Assembly (NCBI GenBank): GCA_965655895.1
Contig: CBFHID010000002.1
Coordinates: 6,339-70,338 of the forward strand
Source: Candidatus Pelagibacteraceae bacterium
GTDB taxonomy: Bacteria > Pseudomonadota > Alphaproteobacteria > Pelagibacterales > Pelagibacteraceae
Direction: 5' to 3'
Length of the DNA: 64,000 bases
The position numbers and the translations under genes are program-made. Shown here piece by piece: positions 1-8,781 of this stretch; position 1 is the stretch's first letter; every line of letters starts with the position of its first letter. Under the pieces are notes generated by a model. The model ran no database searches, had not been told where the DNA came from, and was given only the letters and a program-made list of their open reading frames with translations.

Positions 1-1406
1 TCTTTCACTCCAGATTTTAATATTTTTTTAGGTATTGGAAGGTAACCAGCTTCTGGCATTCCATAAACTGTCTTAGGGCCAATATTTTTTAAAACTAAAA
101 TATCATCTTTTGATATATTTAAATTGGGATCATCAATTTTTTTAGTCATTTCTTTTATATCCTCAAATACAAAAGCTTTACCAGTTTTTTCAAATAGCTT
201 TTTATCTGCAGCTGACCTTTTAAGTATTGCTCCTTTTGGACAAATATTACCAAATAAAGAAACTAAGCCACCTTGTTTTTCAAAAGGTTTATTTTTGGTT
301 CTAATTACATCTTTATCATGAAAGCAATTTGAATTTTCTTTAATAACTGAACTTAATTTTTTGCCTTCAATGTTATATGTTTCTTTTTTAAGTAAACTTT
401 GTAATTCCTTTAGTACAACTTTCATCGCTCCAGCATGATAAAAATCTTCCATGTAATAACTACCGGTCGGTTTTAAATTTACAAGAACTGGAGTTTTGTT
501 GCTTATTTGATTAAACTTCTTTAAATCAATTTTAATATTTGCCCTTCCGGCTATAGCTGTCAAATGTACAATGGCATTTGTTGATCCGCCTAAAGCTAAC
601 AATACAACCATAGCATTATAAATATCTTTCTCTGTAATTTTTTTTATTTTTTTAATTTTTTTATTTGCAATTTTTGCTGCTATCTCACCAGTTTGCTCTG
701 CAAGTTTTAACCTTTCAGAATAAACGGCTGGAACGCTTGCCGCATCTGGTAGGCATAAGCCCATAGTTTCAACTAAGCACGCAACCGTACTCGCTGTCCC
801 CATGACAGCACATGTTCCTGAACTTGCAGCTAATTTACCTTCTACTTCCTTAATTTTTTTATCTGATATTTCTCCGCCTCTATATTTTCCCCAATATCTT
901 CTGCAATCTGTGCAAGCACCCAAACGTTCATTTTCATATTTATTTGTAATCATTGGTCCAGCCGGCATTACTACATAAGGTTTTCCAGCAGATATCGCTC
1001 CCATGATCATTGCTGGTAGAGTTTTGTCACATCCACCAAGTAACACAACCACATCCACGGGCTGAGCTCTAATCATTTCTTCTACATCCATAGACATTAG
1101 GTTTCTAAACATCATGCTTGTTGGAGATAGATATACTTCACCTAAAGAAATTACTGGAAAATCAACTCCTAAACAGTTTTGACTTTGAATTCCTCTCTTA
1201 AGTGCCTCAATCATTTCTGGAAAATGTCGATGACAACTATTTAATCCACTTGCAGTATTTACTATTCCCACAATTGGTTTGTTAAGTGAGTCCGTTGTAT
1301 AACCCATTGATCTTGCGAATGAACGTCTTAGATATGATGAAAATTCCTTGTCACCATAATTTGTTAGACTCTTATCTATTCCTTGATCTTTAATTTTTTT
1401 TGCCAT
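1..1406 (-). CDS. IlvD/Edd-family dehydratase (sugar-acid / dihydroxy-acid dehydratase-like); 3' end runs off the window
   Basis: Absent from the supplied ORF track because it has no stop in the window. My translation from the ATG at 1406-1404 reads MAKKIKDQGIDKSLTNYGDKEFSSYLRRSFARSMGYT...PIVGIVNTASGLNSCHRHF...LLGGCDKTLPAMIMG...SSGTCAVMGTASTVACLVE...LALGGSTNAIVHLTAIAG... These are the conserved IlvD/Edd blocks. The start overlaps the upstream stop (TAATG). Confidence 0.85.
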   Translation of the reverse strand, partial: MAKKIKDQGIDKSLTNYGDKEFSSYLRRSFARSMGYTTDSLNKPIVGIVNTASGLNSCHRHFPEMIEALKRGIQSQNCLGVDFPVISLGEVYLSPTSMMFRNLMSMDVEEMIRAQPVDVVVLLGGCDKTLPAMIMGAISAGKPYVVMPAGPMITNKYENERLGACTDCRRYWGKYRGGEISDKKIKEVEGKLAASSGTCAVMGTASTVACLVETMGLCLPDAASVPAVYSERLKLAEQTGEIAAKIANKKIKKIKKITEKDIYNAMVVLLALGGSTNAIVHLTAIAGRANIKIDLKKFNQISNKTPVLVNLKPTGSYYMEDFYHAGAMKVVLKELQSLLKKETYNIEGKKLSSVIKENSNCFHDKDVIRTKNKPFEKQGGLVSLFGNICPKGAILKRSAADKKLFEKTGKAFVFEDIKEMTKKIDDPNLNISKDDILVLKNIGPKTVYGMPEAGYLPIPKKILKSGVK

Positions 1407-2842
1407 TAATAAATTTTAAACTTTGTGTATTTGGGAACTAGGTAATCTAATATTCCTAATGATCCACCTTCTCTACCAAACCCTGATTCTTTCACTCCTC
1501 CAAAAGGTATTTCAGCAGATGCTAACAACATATCATTAACACCGACCATACCCACTTCTAGATTTTCTGATGCTACATGAGCTCTTTTTAATGAAGAGGT
1601 AAAAACATAACCTGCTAGGCCAAAATCTGTACTATTTGCCATTTCAAAAATTTTACTTTCATCAGTAACTTTTATAATAGGTGCCACAGGTCCAAAAGGC
1701 TCAACAGTTAAAATATTTGCGTTCTCTGGAACATTTTTTAAAACAGTTGGTTCATAAAAAAAACCTTTATTAAATTTTTTACTAGGAGATCCTCCAGTTA
1801 AAATGTCAGCGCCTTTTTTTTCTGCGTCCCTAACTAATTTGTCAATATGATCCAATCCTCTCTTATTAGCTAAAGGACCAACATTACTATCTGGATCGAA
1901 TCCATTTCCTAGTTTTAATTTTTTTGTGTTTGCTGTAAATTTTTCACAAAATTCATCATAAATTTTTTCCTGAACATAAAAACGTGTAGGCGAAATACAT
2001 ACTTGACCGCAATTTCTAAATTTAGTGTTTGAGCAAGTAGTAGCGGCGTAATCTACATCTGTATCATCATAAACTAAAACTGGAGCATGACCTCCAAGTT
2101 CCATTGAAACTTTCTTGATACCCTCTGCTGCCATTTTTAAAATTTCTTTACCAACTTCTACAGAACCAGTAAGAGAAACTTTTTTGATTATAGGAGATTG
2201 AATTAAATATTTCGAAATAAAACTAGATTTTCCAGTAACAAAGTTAACAACCCCTTCTGGTATACCTGCGTCTTGGCAAGCTTTAATTATTTCCATGCAA
2301 GTTCCTGGAGTTTCACTGGCAGGTTTAATAATGATTGAACAGCCAGCTGCAATAGAGGCCGCAATTTTTCTTGCAGGTAGTAAAGCTGGGAAATTCCAAG
2401 CACTAAATGCAGCTACAACACCAACAGGCTCATACCTAACTTGTAAACGAGTATCTTGTGTTCTAGATTCAATTAATTGACCATAAATTCTTTTTGTTTC
2501 TTCAGAATACCATTCAAACTGATCAGCGGAAGCTAGAGTTTCTCCTTTTGCCTCAGCTAGCGGCTTCCCAGTTTCAAGCGTCATTGTGTTTGCAATTTGA
2601 TCTACTCGCTCTCTAATTAAATCTGCAGTTTTTTTGATAATTTTGGATCTTTCCCAGGGAGAAGTTTTTTTCCATGTATCCATTGCTTTTTTTGCAGACA
2701 ATAAAGCTTCATCTAGCTCTTTTTCAGTTGATGATGGAATTAATCCTAATACTTCTTCATTAAAAGGATTAAATACTTCAACTTTATCTTGAGTGGAATT
2801 TGACCACTTTCCATTAATAAAATTTCCTAAATTTTCGTACAT
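1406..2842 (-). CDS. NAD(P)+-dependent aldehyde dehydrogenase (GabD / 2-oxoglutarate-semialdehyde dehydrogenase-like)
   Basis: 478 aa. ALDH superfamily blocks FSAWNFPALL, VSMELGGHAPVLV (catalytic Glu context) and FRNCGQVCISPTRFYV (catalytic Cys context). The substrate cannot be assigned. Confidence 0.9.
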   Translation of the reverse strand: MYENLGNFINGKWSNSTQDKVEVFNPFNEEVLGLIPSSTEKELDEALLSAKKAMDTWKKTSPWERSKIIKKTADLIRERVDQIANTMTLETGKPLAEAKGETLASADQFEWYSEETKRIYGQLIESRTQDTRLQVRYEPVGVVAAFSAWNFPALLPARKIAASIAAGCSIIIKPASETPGTCMEIIKACQDAGIPEGVVNFVTGKSSFISKYLIQSPIIKKVSLTGSVEVGKEILKMAAEGIKKVSMELGGHAPVLVYDDTDVDYAATTCSNTKFRNCGQVCISPTRFYVQEKIYDEFCEKFTANTKKLKLGNGFDPDSNVGPLANKRGLDHIDKLVRDAEKKGADILTGGSPSKKFNKGFFYEPTVLKNVPENANILTVEPFGPVAPIIKVTDESKIFEMANSTDFGLAGYVFTSSLKRAHVASENLEVGMVGVNDMLLASAEIPFGGVKESGFGREGGSLGILDYLVPKYTKFKIY

Positions 2843-2860
2843 TTCAACCCTTTCTATAAT

Positions 2861-4744
2861 TTATATTTTTTGTTTAGCGTATTCTGATTGAACATTCTCA
2901 CACCAGTTACCTACATTCCAAGAGCCATATGCTCCCATACCACCTAGCTCGTCTGTTCCACTGTAAACTGGTACATGCACCACAGACAAACCTTTATATT
3001 TAAAAGCTTCTTCTAATGTATTTTTAAAATCTTTTGAATTGTAGCCTCCAAAAAAACCTTTAACTCCTTTTACTGAGTTCGCCATTTGAACATAATCAAC
3101 CTCTACACCATCATTGGTTTTAAATTCCTTGTCATATTGAGCGTATTGTAATCCAGTAATGGCTGCCATTCTTCTATTATCAAAAATTACCACCATCCCT
3201 TTTAAACCAAGGTAAACAGCATCGATTAATACCTGTGGATTCATCATAAAAGATCCATCACCAGTAAAGCTAATAGGATATTTAGGCTTATCAGCTATAG
3301 CTGAAGCTAGAATAGCGCTTGATGAAAAGCCCATATATGATGCTCCTGTTTCAGTAAAAGTATCAAAAGGATCCTGGTCTTCTGCAATTTGAAAACCATT
3401 CGCCTGAACATCTCCGGCATCAAAAAATTTTACACATTTATTTTTATTTGAAAAATCAACAGCTAACTTGATAGCAGCAGGCTGTGTTAGAACATCTCTA
3501 CCGAACGCTTCATCCTTAAGAACCTCGTTTGTATAAATTCTATTCTTAAAATCAGACCACTCTTTCTTCTTTTTTCTACAATCTTCAATCCAGCTTTGCT
3601 TTGTATTAGATCTGTTAATTTTCTTAGTCTCGATTGCTGTATTTAATTGATTTAATATAACTCCAATGTCACCATTTAATCCAAGAGTATTATTGTAATG
3701 CATCATATCGGCTAGATCGGCATTGATATTAATGACTGCTTCAGCATTTGGATACCCTATGCCTGAACAATCAGATTGACAGACAGATCGAGATCCAATG
3801 GAAATTAATAGTTTAGCATTCTGCATGGCAAAATTTCCAGAAATTGAACCTTTGCTTCCACCAACATGCATATTGTTTTCATGAACATCAGGCAAAACAC
3901 CTAGGCTACCTGGAGCTAGAACTACAGGTACATTAAGATGTTCAGAAAATTTAGTAAGTTCTTTTGAAAATTTAATACTTCCACCACCGGCTTTAACAAC
4001 AATATTATCATATTTATTTATTAATTTTTCAAATTCTTTAATTTGATCTACATTTAAATTATTTTTAACCTCCAAACTGTCTTTGCCAGGTAGAGTTAAT
4101 AGATTTAAACCTTTAATTATTTTTGGCTGAGTATTAATTGGTAGCATAAAATAAAAAGGTCCAGCTTTATAAGGGTGTTTAGTTTTGAGATACCCTTTTC
4201 TCATCCCATCTCTTATAGACTCAGGGGTATGAAAAACATGAGACTCGGACATTAACGCAGTTATTTTTCCATAGATATCTTGTTCTCTTTTGGGAACTTG
4301 CTGCATATTATAACCTTCACCATATGTCGTCTCATCTCCATATATATGATAAAGCCCCACCCCGTTTGAAGAAGCTGCCAAAGAACCTGCCATCGCTTGC
4401 AAGGCTCCTGGACCAATAGAAGTGACAACCGCTGAAACCTCATCATATTGCCATCTCAATGCTGTTGCAGCGTGGGCCATTTCAACTTCATTTCTAAAAT
4501 TATAAGTTTTGGTAACTCCTTGTTCTTCATAAATTCTTAATATTTCTGCAAAATCAGTTGATCCATGTCCAAAAATTGCAAAATACTTTCTTACATTTTG
4601 TTTTAATAAACCAAGGATAATTCCCTCGGACAGAGAAACATCTATATTATTTGGTAATACATTTTTATCGATACATTGATTTAAATCATTATTATTTTTT
4701 GCAATAATTTTTGCTCTCTGCTCAACTGCTTTTAATGAAGTCAT
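2861..4744 (-). CDS. Thiamine-diphosphate enzyme, IolD-like (3D-(3,5/4)-trihydroxycyclohexane-1,2-dione hydrolase family)
   Basis: 627 aa. Blocks AIFGHGSTDF, NEVEMAHAATALRW, TSIGPGALQAMAGSLAA, TPP-binding FTGDGSFMMNPQVL...VIFDNRRMAAI, and the C-terminal tail GSWNVGNW. These fit my recollection of B. subtilis IolD better than Xsc or acetolactate synthase. Confidence 0.7.
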   Translation of the reverse strand: MTSLKAVEQRAKIIAKNNNDLNQCIDKNVLPNNIDVSLSEGIILGLLKQNVRKYFAIFGHGSTDFAEILRIYEEQGVTKTYNFRNEVEMAHAATALRWQYDEVSAVVTSIGPGALQAMAGSLAASSNGVGLYHIYGDETTYGEGYNMQQVPKREQDIYGKITALMSESHVFHTPESIRDGMRKGYLKTKHPYKAGPFYFMLPINTQPKIIKGLNLLTLPGKDSLEVKNNLNVDQIKEFEKLINKYDNIVVKAGGGSIKFSKELTKFSEHLNVPVVLAPGSLGVLPDVHENNMHVGGSKGSISGNFAMQNAKLLISIGSRSVCQSDCSGIGYPNAEAVININADLADMMHYNNTLGLNGDIGVILNQLNTAIETKKINRSNTKQSWIEDCRKKKKEWSDFKNRIYTNEVLKDEAFGRDVLTQPAAIKLAVDFSNKNKCVKFFDAGDVQANGFQIAEDQDPFDTFTETGASYMGFSSSAILASAIADKPKYPISFTGDGSFMMNPQVLIDAVYLGLKGMVVIFDNRRMAAITGLQYAQYDKEFKTNDGVEVDYVQMANSVKGVKGFFGGYNSKDFKNTLEEAFKYKGLSVVHVPVYSGTDELGGMGAYGSWNVGNWCENVQSEYAKQKI

Positions 4745-6267
4745 AACTGTGCCTGCTCCTTAAGTTTTTTTTGTTTTTTTACATCTAACATTCTTTTTCT
4801 AATTTGAAGGGCTATTGTTAAAATAATTAATGAAAAAAACATTAAACTAACAATAGAACTAAAAAATATTGTTGGATCGCCTGCAGACAGTGACATAGCG
4901 GTTCTATATTCACTTTCAATCGTTTTGCCCAAAACCATTCCTAAGACTATTGGGGTAACCGGTAATTGGATACGATTAAAAAAATATCCAATTAGACCCA
5001 TCAGTATCATGACGTTAACGTCTAAAAAAGAATTACGAATTGCATAAGACCCAACTATAACCATTACCAATATACCAACGCCTAAATGATGGGGTTTTAC
5101 TTTTAAAATTTTAACAATGTGTTTAATAAAATTAACCTGAAATATAAAAACAACTATATAGGCAATTAAAATAGCTAGATAAATTGAGTATACTTGAGGG
5201 GCATTTTCAATGAAAAGCATTGGTCCAGGAGACAAACCATGTATTAACAAACCACCTAAAATAATTGCAGTCGCAGGGTCACCTGGAATTCCTAATGATA
5301 ATAAGGGCACCATTGCACCACCAGTTACTGCATTATTTGCAGTTTCAGGTGCTACCACGCCTCCTATATGCCCTTTGCCATACATTTCTTTTTCTTCTGG
5401 ATTTTTTTCAGAATTTTTTGCATGCGAATATGCTAAAAAGGCTGCGATAGGTCCTCCGGAACCAGGGATAGCTCCGATAGAGGTTCCTAAACCAACGCAT
5501 CTTAACATTAAATTAAAATATTTTTTTAAAAGTGAAAAACTTGGCAATTTTGTTTTGACAATATCTACATCAAAATTAGTTTTATCTTCCTTATTTAATC
5601 TAAAATGAAATACCTCTAGAATATGCGGAACAGCAAACAATCCTATCATTGCCACTAGCAAATTAACTCCTTGCAACATTTGAGTATTATCAAATGTAAA
5701 ACGTGAAATACCCTCTATTTCATCCGTACCAATTGTCATTAACATCAGTCCAAGTACTCCTGCAACTAAACCTCTAAACAAAGATCTTTCGGAAAGACCA
5801 CAGATTGTTGAAAACCCAAATAGCACAAGCATAAAAATTTCAGCAGGTCCAAATTTAATTGCAAATTGTGAAATAAAATCAACCAAGACAATCATAATAA
5901 CTAAACTTACAAAACCACCAATTGTTGAAACAATAACAGCAGTGCCAAGTGCAATGCTAGCATCACCTTTTTTTGTTAATGCATAACCATCTGCAACTGT
6001 TGCAGCTGCTGAAGGGGTTCCTGGTATACCAATTAAAATTGCTGAGATAGAGCCACCTGTCATACCTCCAATATAAGTTGCTAATAACAGTGAAATTCCA
6101 GTTACAGGCTCCATCGTAAATGTAAATGGCAACATCAAAGCCAAAGCCATTGAATAAGTTAGACCTGGAATTGCTCCAAAAATAATACCAGCGAATGAAC
6201 CAATCGCAATTGCAATCATAACTTCATAGGTTCCAATTAAACCAAGTGCTGTAATTAAATTTTCCAT
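4741..6267 (-). CDS. tctA: Tripartite tricarboxylate transporter large permease TctA
   Basis: 508 aa polytopic Gly/Ala/Ile-rich membrane protein of typical TctA size. It directly follows the tctC and tctB homologues and overlaps the next gene by 4 nt. Confidence 0.88.
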   Translation of the reverse strand: MENLITALGLIGTYEVMIAIAIGSFAGIIFGAIPGLTYSMALALMLPFTFTMEPVTGISLLLATYIGGMTGGSISAILIGIPGTPSAAATVADGYALTKKGDASIALGTAVIVSTIGGFVSLVIMIVLVDFISQFAIKFGPAEIFMLVLFGFSTICGLSERSLFRGLVAGVLGLMLMTIGTDEIEGISRFTFDNTQMLQGVNLLVAMIGLFAVPHILEVFHFRLNKEDKTNFDVDIVKTKLPSFSLLKKYFNLMLRCVGLGTSIGAIPGSGGPIAAFLAYSHAKNSEKNPEEKEMYGKGHIGGVVAPETANNAVTGGAMVPLLSLGIPGDPATAIILGGLLIHGLSPGPMLFIENAPQVYSIYLAILIAYIVVFIFQVNFIKHIVKILKVKPHHLGVGILVMVIVGSYAIRNSFLDVNVMILMGLIGYFFNRIQLPVTPIVLGMVLGKTIESEYRTAMSLSAGDPTIFFSSIVSLMFFSLIILTIALQIRKRMLDVKKQKKLKEQAQL

Positions 6268-6734
6268 TAAAAAAGCTCACCTCTTGGTAAAGAAGATTTT
6301 AAAAGAATGATAAATATAAAATAAATCATTCCAGTAATTGTTACTGGAAATAAAAAATTTAACTTCCAGCTTTTTTCATTCAGTAAAAATCTAGTAATAA
6401 AAAAAACAATTATTGGTGTAGAAATTAAAAAACCAAAATATCTTAACAAGTATGAATAAGAGACAAAAACAACTATACAAAAAAAAATATTTCTAAATTC
6501 ATTTTTTTGTAAAGGTTCAGCTTTATTTTTTGGAACATAACCAACTTTATATTGATATAAAAAAACCATTCCTAAAATACTCATGCATATCCCTAAAAAA
6601 AGTGGAATTGTTCTTGGAGTGTTTGCAAAGCTACCAAGATCACCCTCTATTTGTAAAAAAACTAAAACTAACCAAATGAGTGAGAAAGCAAGAACACCTA
6701 AACCGAGGTATAGATAAAACTTGCTTTCTCTCAT
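6267..6734 (-). CDS. tctB: Tripartite tricarboxylate transporter small membrane subunit TctB
   Basis: 155 aa with about 4 TM helices, lying between tctC and tctA with a 1-nt overlap. The call rests on size, topology and position. Confidence 0.7.
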   Translation of the reverse strand: MRESKFYLYLGLGVLAFSLIWLVLVFLQIEGDLGSFANTPRTIPLFLGICMSILGMVFLYQYKVGYVPKNKAEPLQKNEFRNIFFCIVVFVSYSYLLRYFGFLISTPIIVFFITRFLLNEKSWKLNFLFPVTITGMIYFIFIILLKSSLPRGELF

Positions 6735-6742
6735 TTGAAAAT

Positions 6743-7720
6743 TTATTTAGCTTTTTTTGCTAAACCAAGATCTTTCATAAGTTTCTTGATTTTTTTATCG
6801 TCCTTAGCAATTTGCTTACCAAAATCTTTAGAATTTAAGTAATTAATTGTAAAACCGATTTTTTGAGATGCAGCTTTAAATTCTGCACTCTTTGCATAAG
6901 CTTCAGCTGCTTTTTCTAAAGCTGCAATTTGAGCTTTAGGAGTTCCTTTTTTAGCTGCTAAACCTCTCCACATAGTTACATCAACTTTTTTGTAACCAAG
7001 TTCCTTCATTGTAGGAATGCTAGAGTCTGAAGCAATTCTTTCCTGACTAGTAACAGCTAACATTTTTAACTGTCCAGCTTTATGGAAAGATCTAAATTGA
7101 CCAGGCCATTGAACAGCCGCATCAATTCTTCCAGCTAAAAGTTCTGCAGGTGCTTTACCTTTTCCATAAGGAATATAAGTAACTTTAGCGCCTAAAGCAT
7201 CAAAGATAATAGCAGATGTAAGGTGTGTAAACGCACCTTTACCACTGATACCAACTTTTAATTTTCCAGGGTTCTTTTTTGCGTAATCAGCTAAGTCTTT
7301 TATAGAGTTAAAAGTTCCTGATTTCACAGCAAGTACTGGTACTTCAATTGACATTGCTGCAATTGGAGTGAATGCTTTATAATTGAATGCAGTTCTACCT
7401 CTATAGTGAGATGTGCTCACAGAGTTAGAATTCCAAACAATATCATATCCAGATGCAGGTCTAGATTGAATATATTTATATCCAACAGCTCCTCCACCAC
7501 CTGGTCTAGAAACTGGTACAACAGCTCCACCTAGTTCTTTTTCAAGACCTTGTGCAACTAATTGACCAACGCTTTTTGCAGTTCCACCAAATAAAACAGT
7601 CATTTCGATAGTTTTACTTGGAAACTTTGAATGGCTTCCTGCAAATGAATTTGTAGAAGCGCCTGCGAACAATAATGTAATCGCTGCTAACGCACCTACA
7701 ATTTTTTTTGTTATTTTCAT
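6743..7720 (-). CDS. tctC: TTT periplasmic substrate-binding protein (TctC/Bug family)
   Basis: 325 aa. Signal peptide MKITKKIVGALAAITLLFAGAS, Bug-type PGGGGAVGY block, and a strong SD (AGGGGG) 4-5 nt before the ATG. Confidence 0.9.
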   Translation of the reverse strand: MKITKKIVGALAAITLLFAGASTNSFAGSHSKFPSKTIEMTVLFGGTAKSVGQLVAQGLEKELGGAVVPVSRPGGGGAVGYKYIQSRPASGYDIVWNSNSVSTSHYRGRTAFNYKAFTPIAAMSIEVPVLAVKSGTFNSIKDLADYAKKNPGKLKVGISGKGAFTHLTSAIIFDALGAKVTYIPYGKGKAPAELLAGRIDAAVQWPGQFRSFHKAGQLKMLAVTSQERIASDSSIPTMKELGYKKVDVTMWRGLAAKKGTPKAQIAALEKAAEAYAKSAEFKAASQKIGFTINYLNSKDFGKQIAKDDKKIKKLMKDLGLAKKAK

Positions 7721-7764
7721 TTTTCCCCCTTGTGTTTAGTGCAAATCATTTAATAATTTTTTTA

Positions 7765-8781
7765 TTAATTGATATTGCGACTTCCGTTTTGTTTTTTCTC
7801 CTTAAGAGCATTTAAAATTTTTTCTGGTGTTGCCGGTAATGACTTAATCCTCACTCCAATGGCATCATAAATAGCGTTCATGATTGCAGGAGAAGTTGGC
7901 ACCATAGCTGGCTCACCTATTCCTTTAGCTCCTAAAGGACTTAGAGGATCTGGATCCTCAACAATTTTTGATGTAACTTTTGGAACATCTAAAGAAGTTG
8001 GTAAAATATATTTTGCAAAACTTCCTGATTTTGTTCTTCCTTTATCTAACTCATAATTTTCCATTAAAGCTTGTCCTACAGCCTGAACAACACCGCCCTC
8101 AATTTGTCCCTCAACACCTTTTGGGTTAATTGCTTTTCCAACATCATGACAAGCCCAAATACCTAAAAGTTGAACTTCACCAGTTGCAGTATCAACCTCA
8201 ACTTCTGCCACTTGACCACCAAACACATATGCTTGCCAAGGTCGTCCTGAGCCATCAACTGGATCTAAGCCAGTATGATGAGAAGTATAATTTTCACCAG
8301 CTACAGGAATAACGCCATATTTTTTTTTGCAAATATGGATAGCTTCACTCATTTCCATTTTGTAATTTGTTCCTTCGCTCCATATTTCACCATTGTGAGC
8401 TTTAATAGTGTTTGCATCGACTTTCCATTCTTTAGCCATTACATCAAATAACTTTTGTCTTGCTCCTCGACAGGCTAACGCAACTGCGTTACCAATCATG
8501 TAAGTTTGTCTTGTGGCACCTGCGTGTGCAGCCTCTGGACTTCTTGAGGTATCGTTTTCACCAATCATCACGTTTTCAGGTTTAACTCCTAATTCATCTG
8601 CAGCTACCTGAGCTAAAACAGTTAAAATGCCCTCTCCAATTTCAGTAACACCAGTAGATATCTTTGCTGATCCACCATCGTCAATTTCTGCCCATGCACC
8701 AGCTTGATCCATTGCAGCAGTTCTAGCTATACCGTACCAAGACGCAGCTATTCCTCTTCCTCTTTTTTTTGTTAAACTCAT
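7765..8781 (-). CDS. XDH/aldehyde-oxidase family molybdopterin-binding subunit, C-terminal part (separate 'M'-type subunit)
   Basis: 338 aa. Blocks KKRGRGIAASWYG, GATRQTYM and GIGEPAMVPTSPAIMNAIYDAIG (the catalytic-Glu block of XDH/CoxL large subunits). The start overlaps the upstream stop as ATGA. Confidence 0.85.
   Translation of the reverse strand: MSLTKKRGRGIAASWYGIARTAAMDQAGAWAEIDDGGSAKISTGVTEIGEGILTVLAQVAADELGVKPENVMIGENDTSRSPEAAHAGATRQTYMIGNAVALACRGARQKLFDVMAKEWKVDANTIKAHNGEIWSEGTNYKMEMSEAIHICKKKYGVIPVAGENYTSHHTGLDPVDGSGRPWQAYVFGGQVAEVEVDTATGEVQLLGIWACHDVGKAINPKGVEGQIEGGVVQAVGQALMENYELDKGRTKSGSFAKYILPTSLDVPKVTSKIVEDPDPLSPLGAKGIGEPAMVPTSPAIMNAIYDAIGVRIKSLPATPEKILNALKEKKQNGSRNIN

Noticed and set aside
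124-321. Plus-strand 65-aa ORF. The same applies to the other short ORFs lying inside and antisense to long genes: 2295-2480, 4261-4446, 5210-5608, 5265-5450, 8130-8312, 9781-10014, 10048-10236, 13744-14127, 16951-17157, 17612-17884, 17779-18090, 20022-20231, 22678-22869, 24168-24383, 25556-25753, 25904-26128, 28916-29155, 29870-30058, 31099-31302, 31458-31658, 37647-37844, 39565-39768, 40065-40325, 43470-43670, 44732-44968, 50101-50409, 50458-50781, 50896-51093, 55059-55271, 55510-55806, 56583-56771, 59633-59818, 60069-60317, 61208-61429, 62535-62723, 62668-62856 and 63163-63387.
   Set aside because: Each lies wholly or mostly inside a longer ORF that has clear family motifs. Their translations are low-complexity and match no motif. 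They are shadow ORFs, typical of the opposite strand or an alternative frame of real genes.
2861-4744. The TPP enzyme might be sulfoacetaldehyde acetyltransferase (Xsc), given the TauE-like exporter at 13635-14468.
   Set aside because: The N-terminal FGHG block, the internal blocks and the C-terminal tail fit IolD as I recall it better than Xsc. No pta or taurine/isethionate dehydrogenase gene is adjacent, and the tauE-like gene belongs to a different transcription unit. The possibility is not fully excluded without an alignment.
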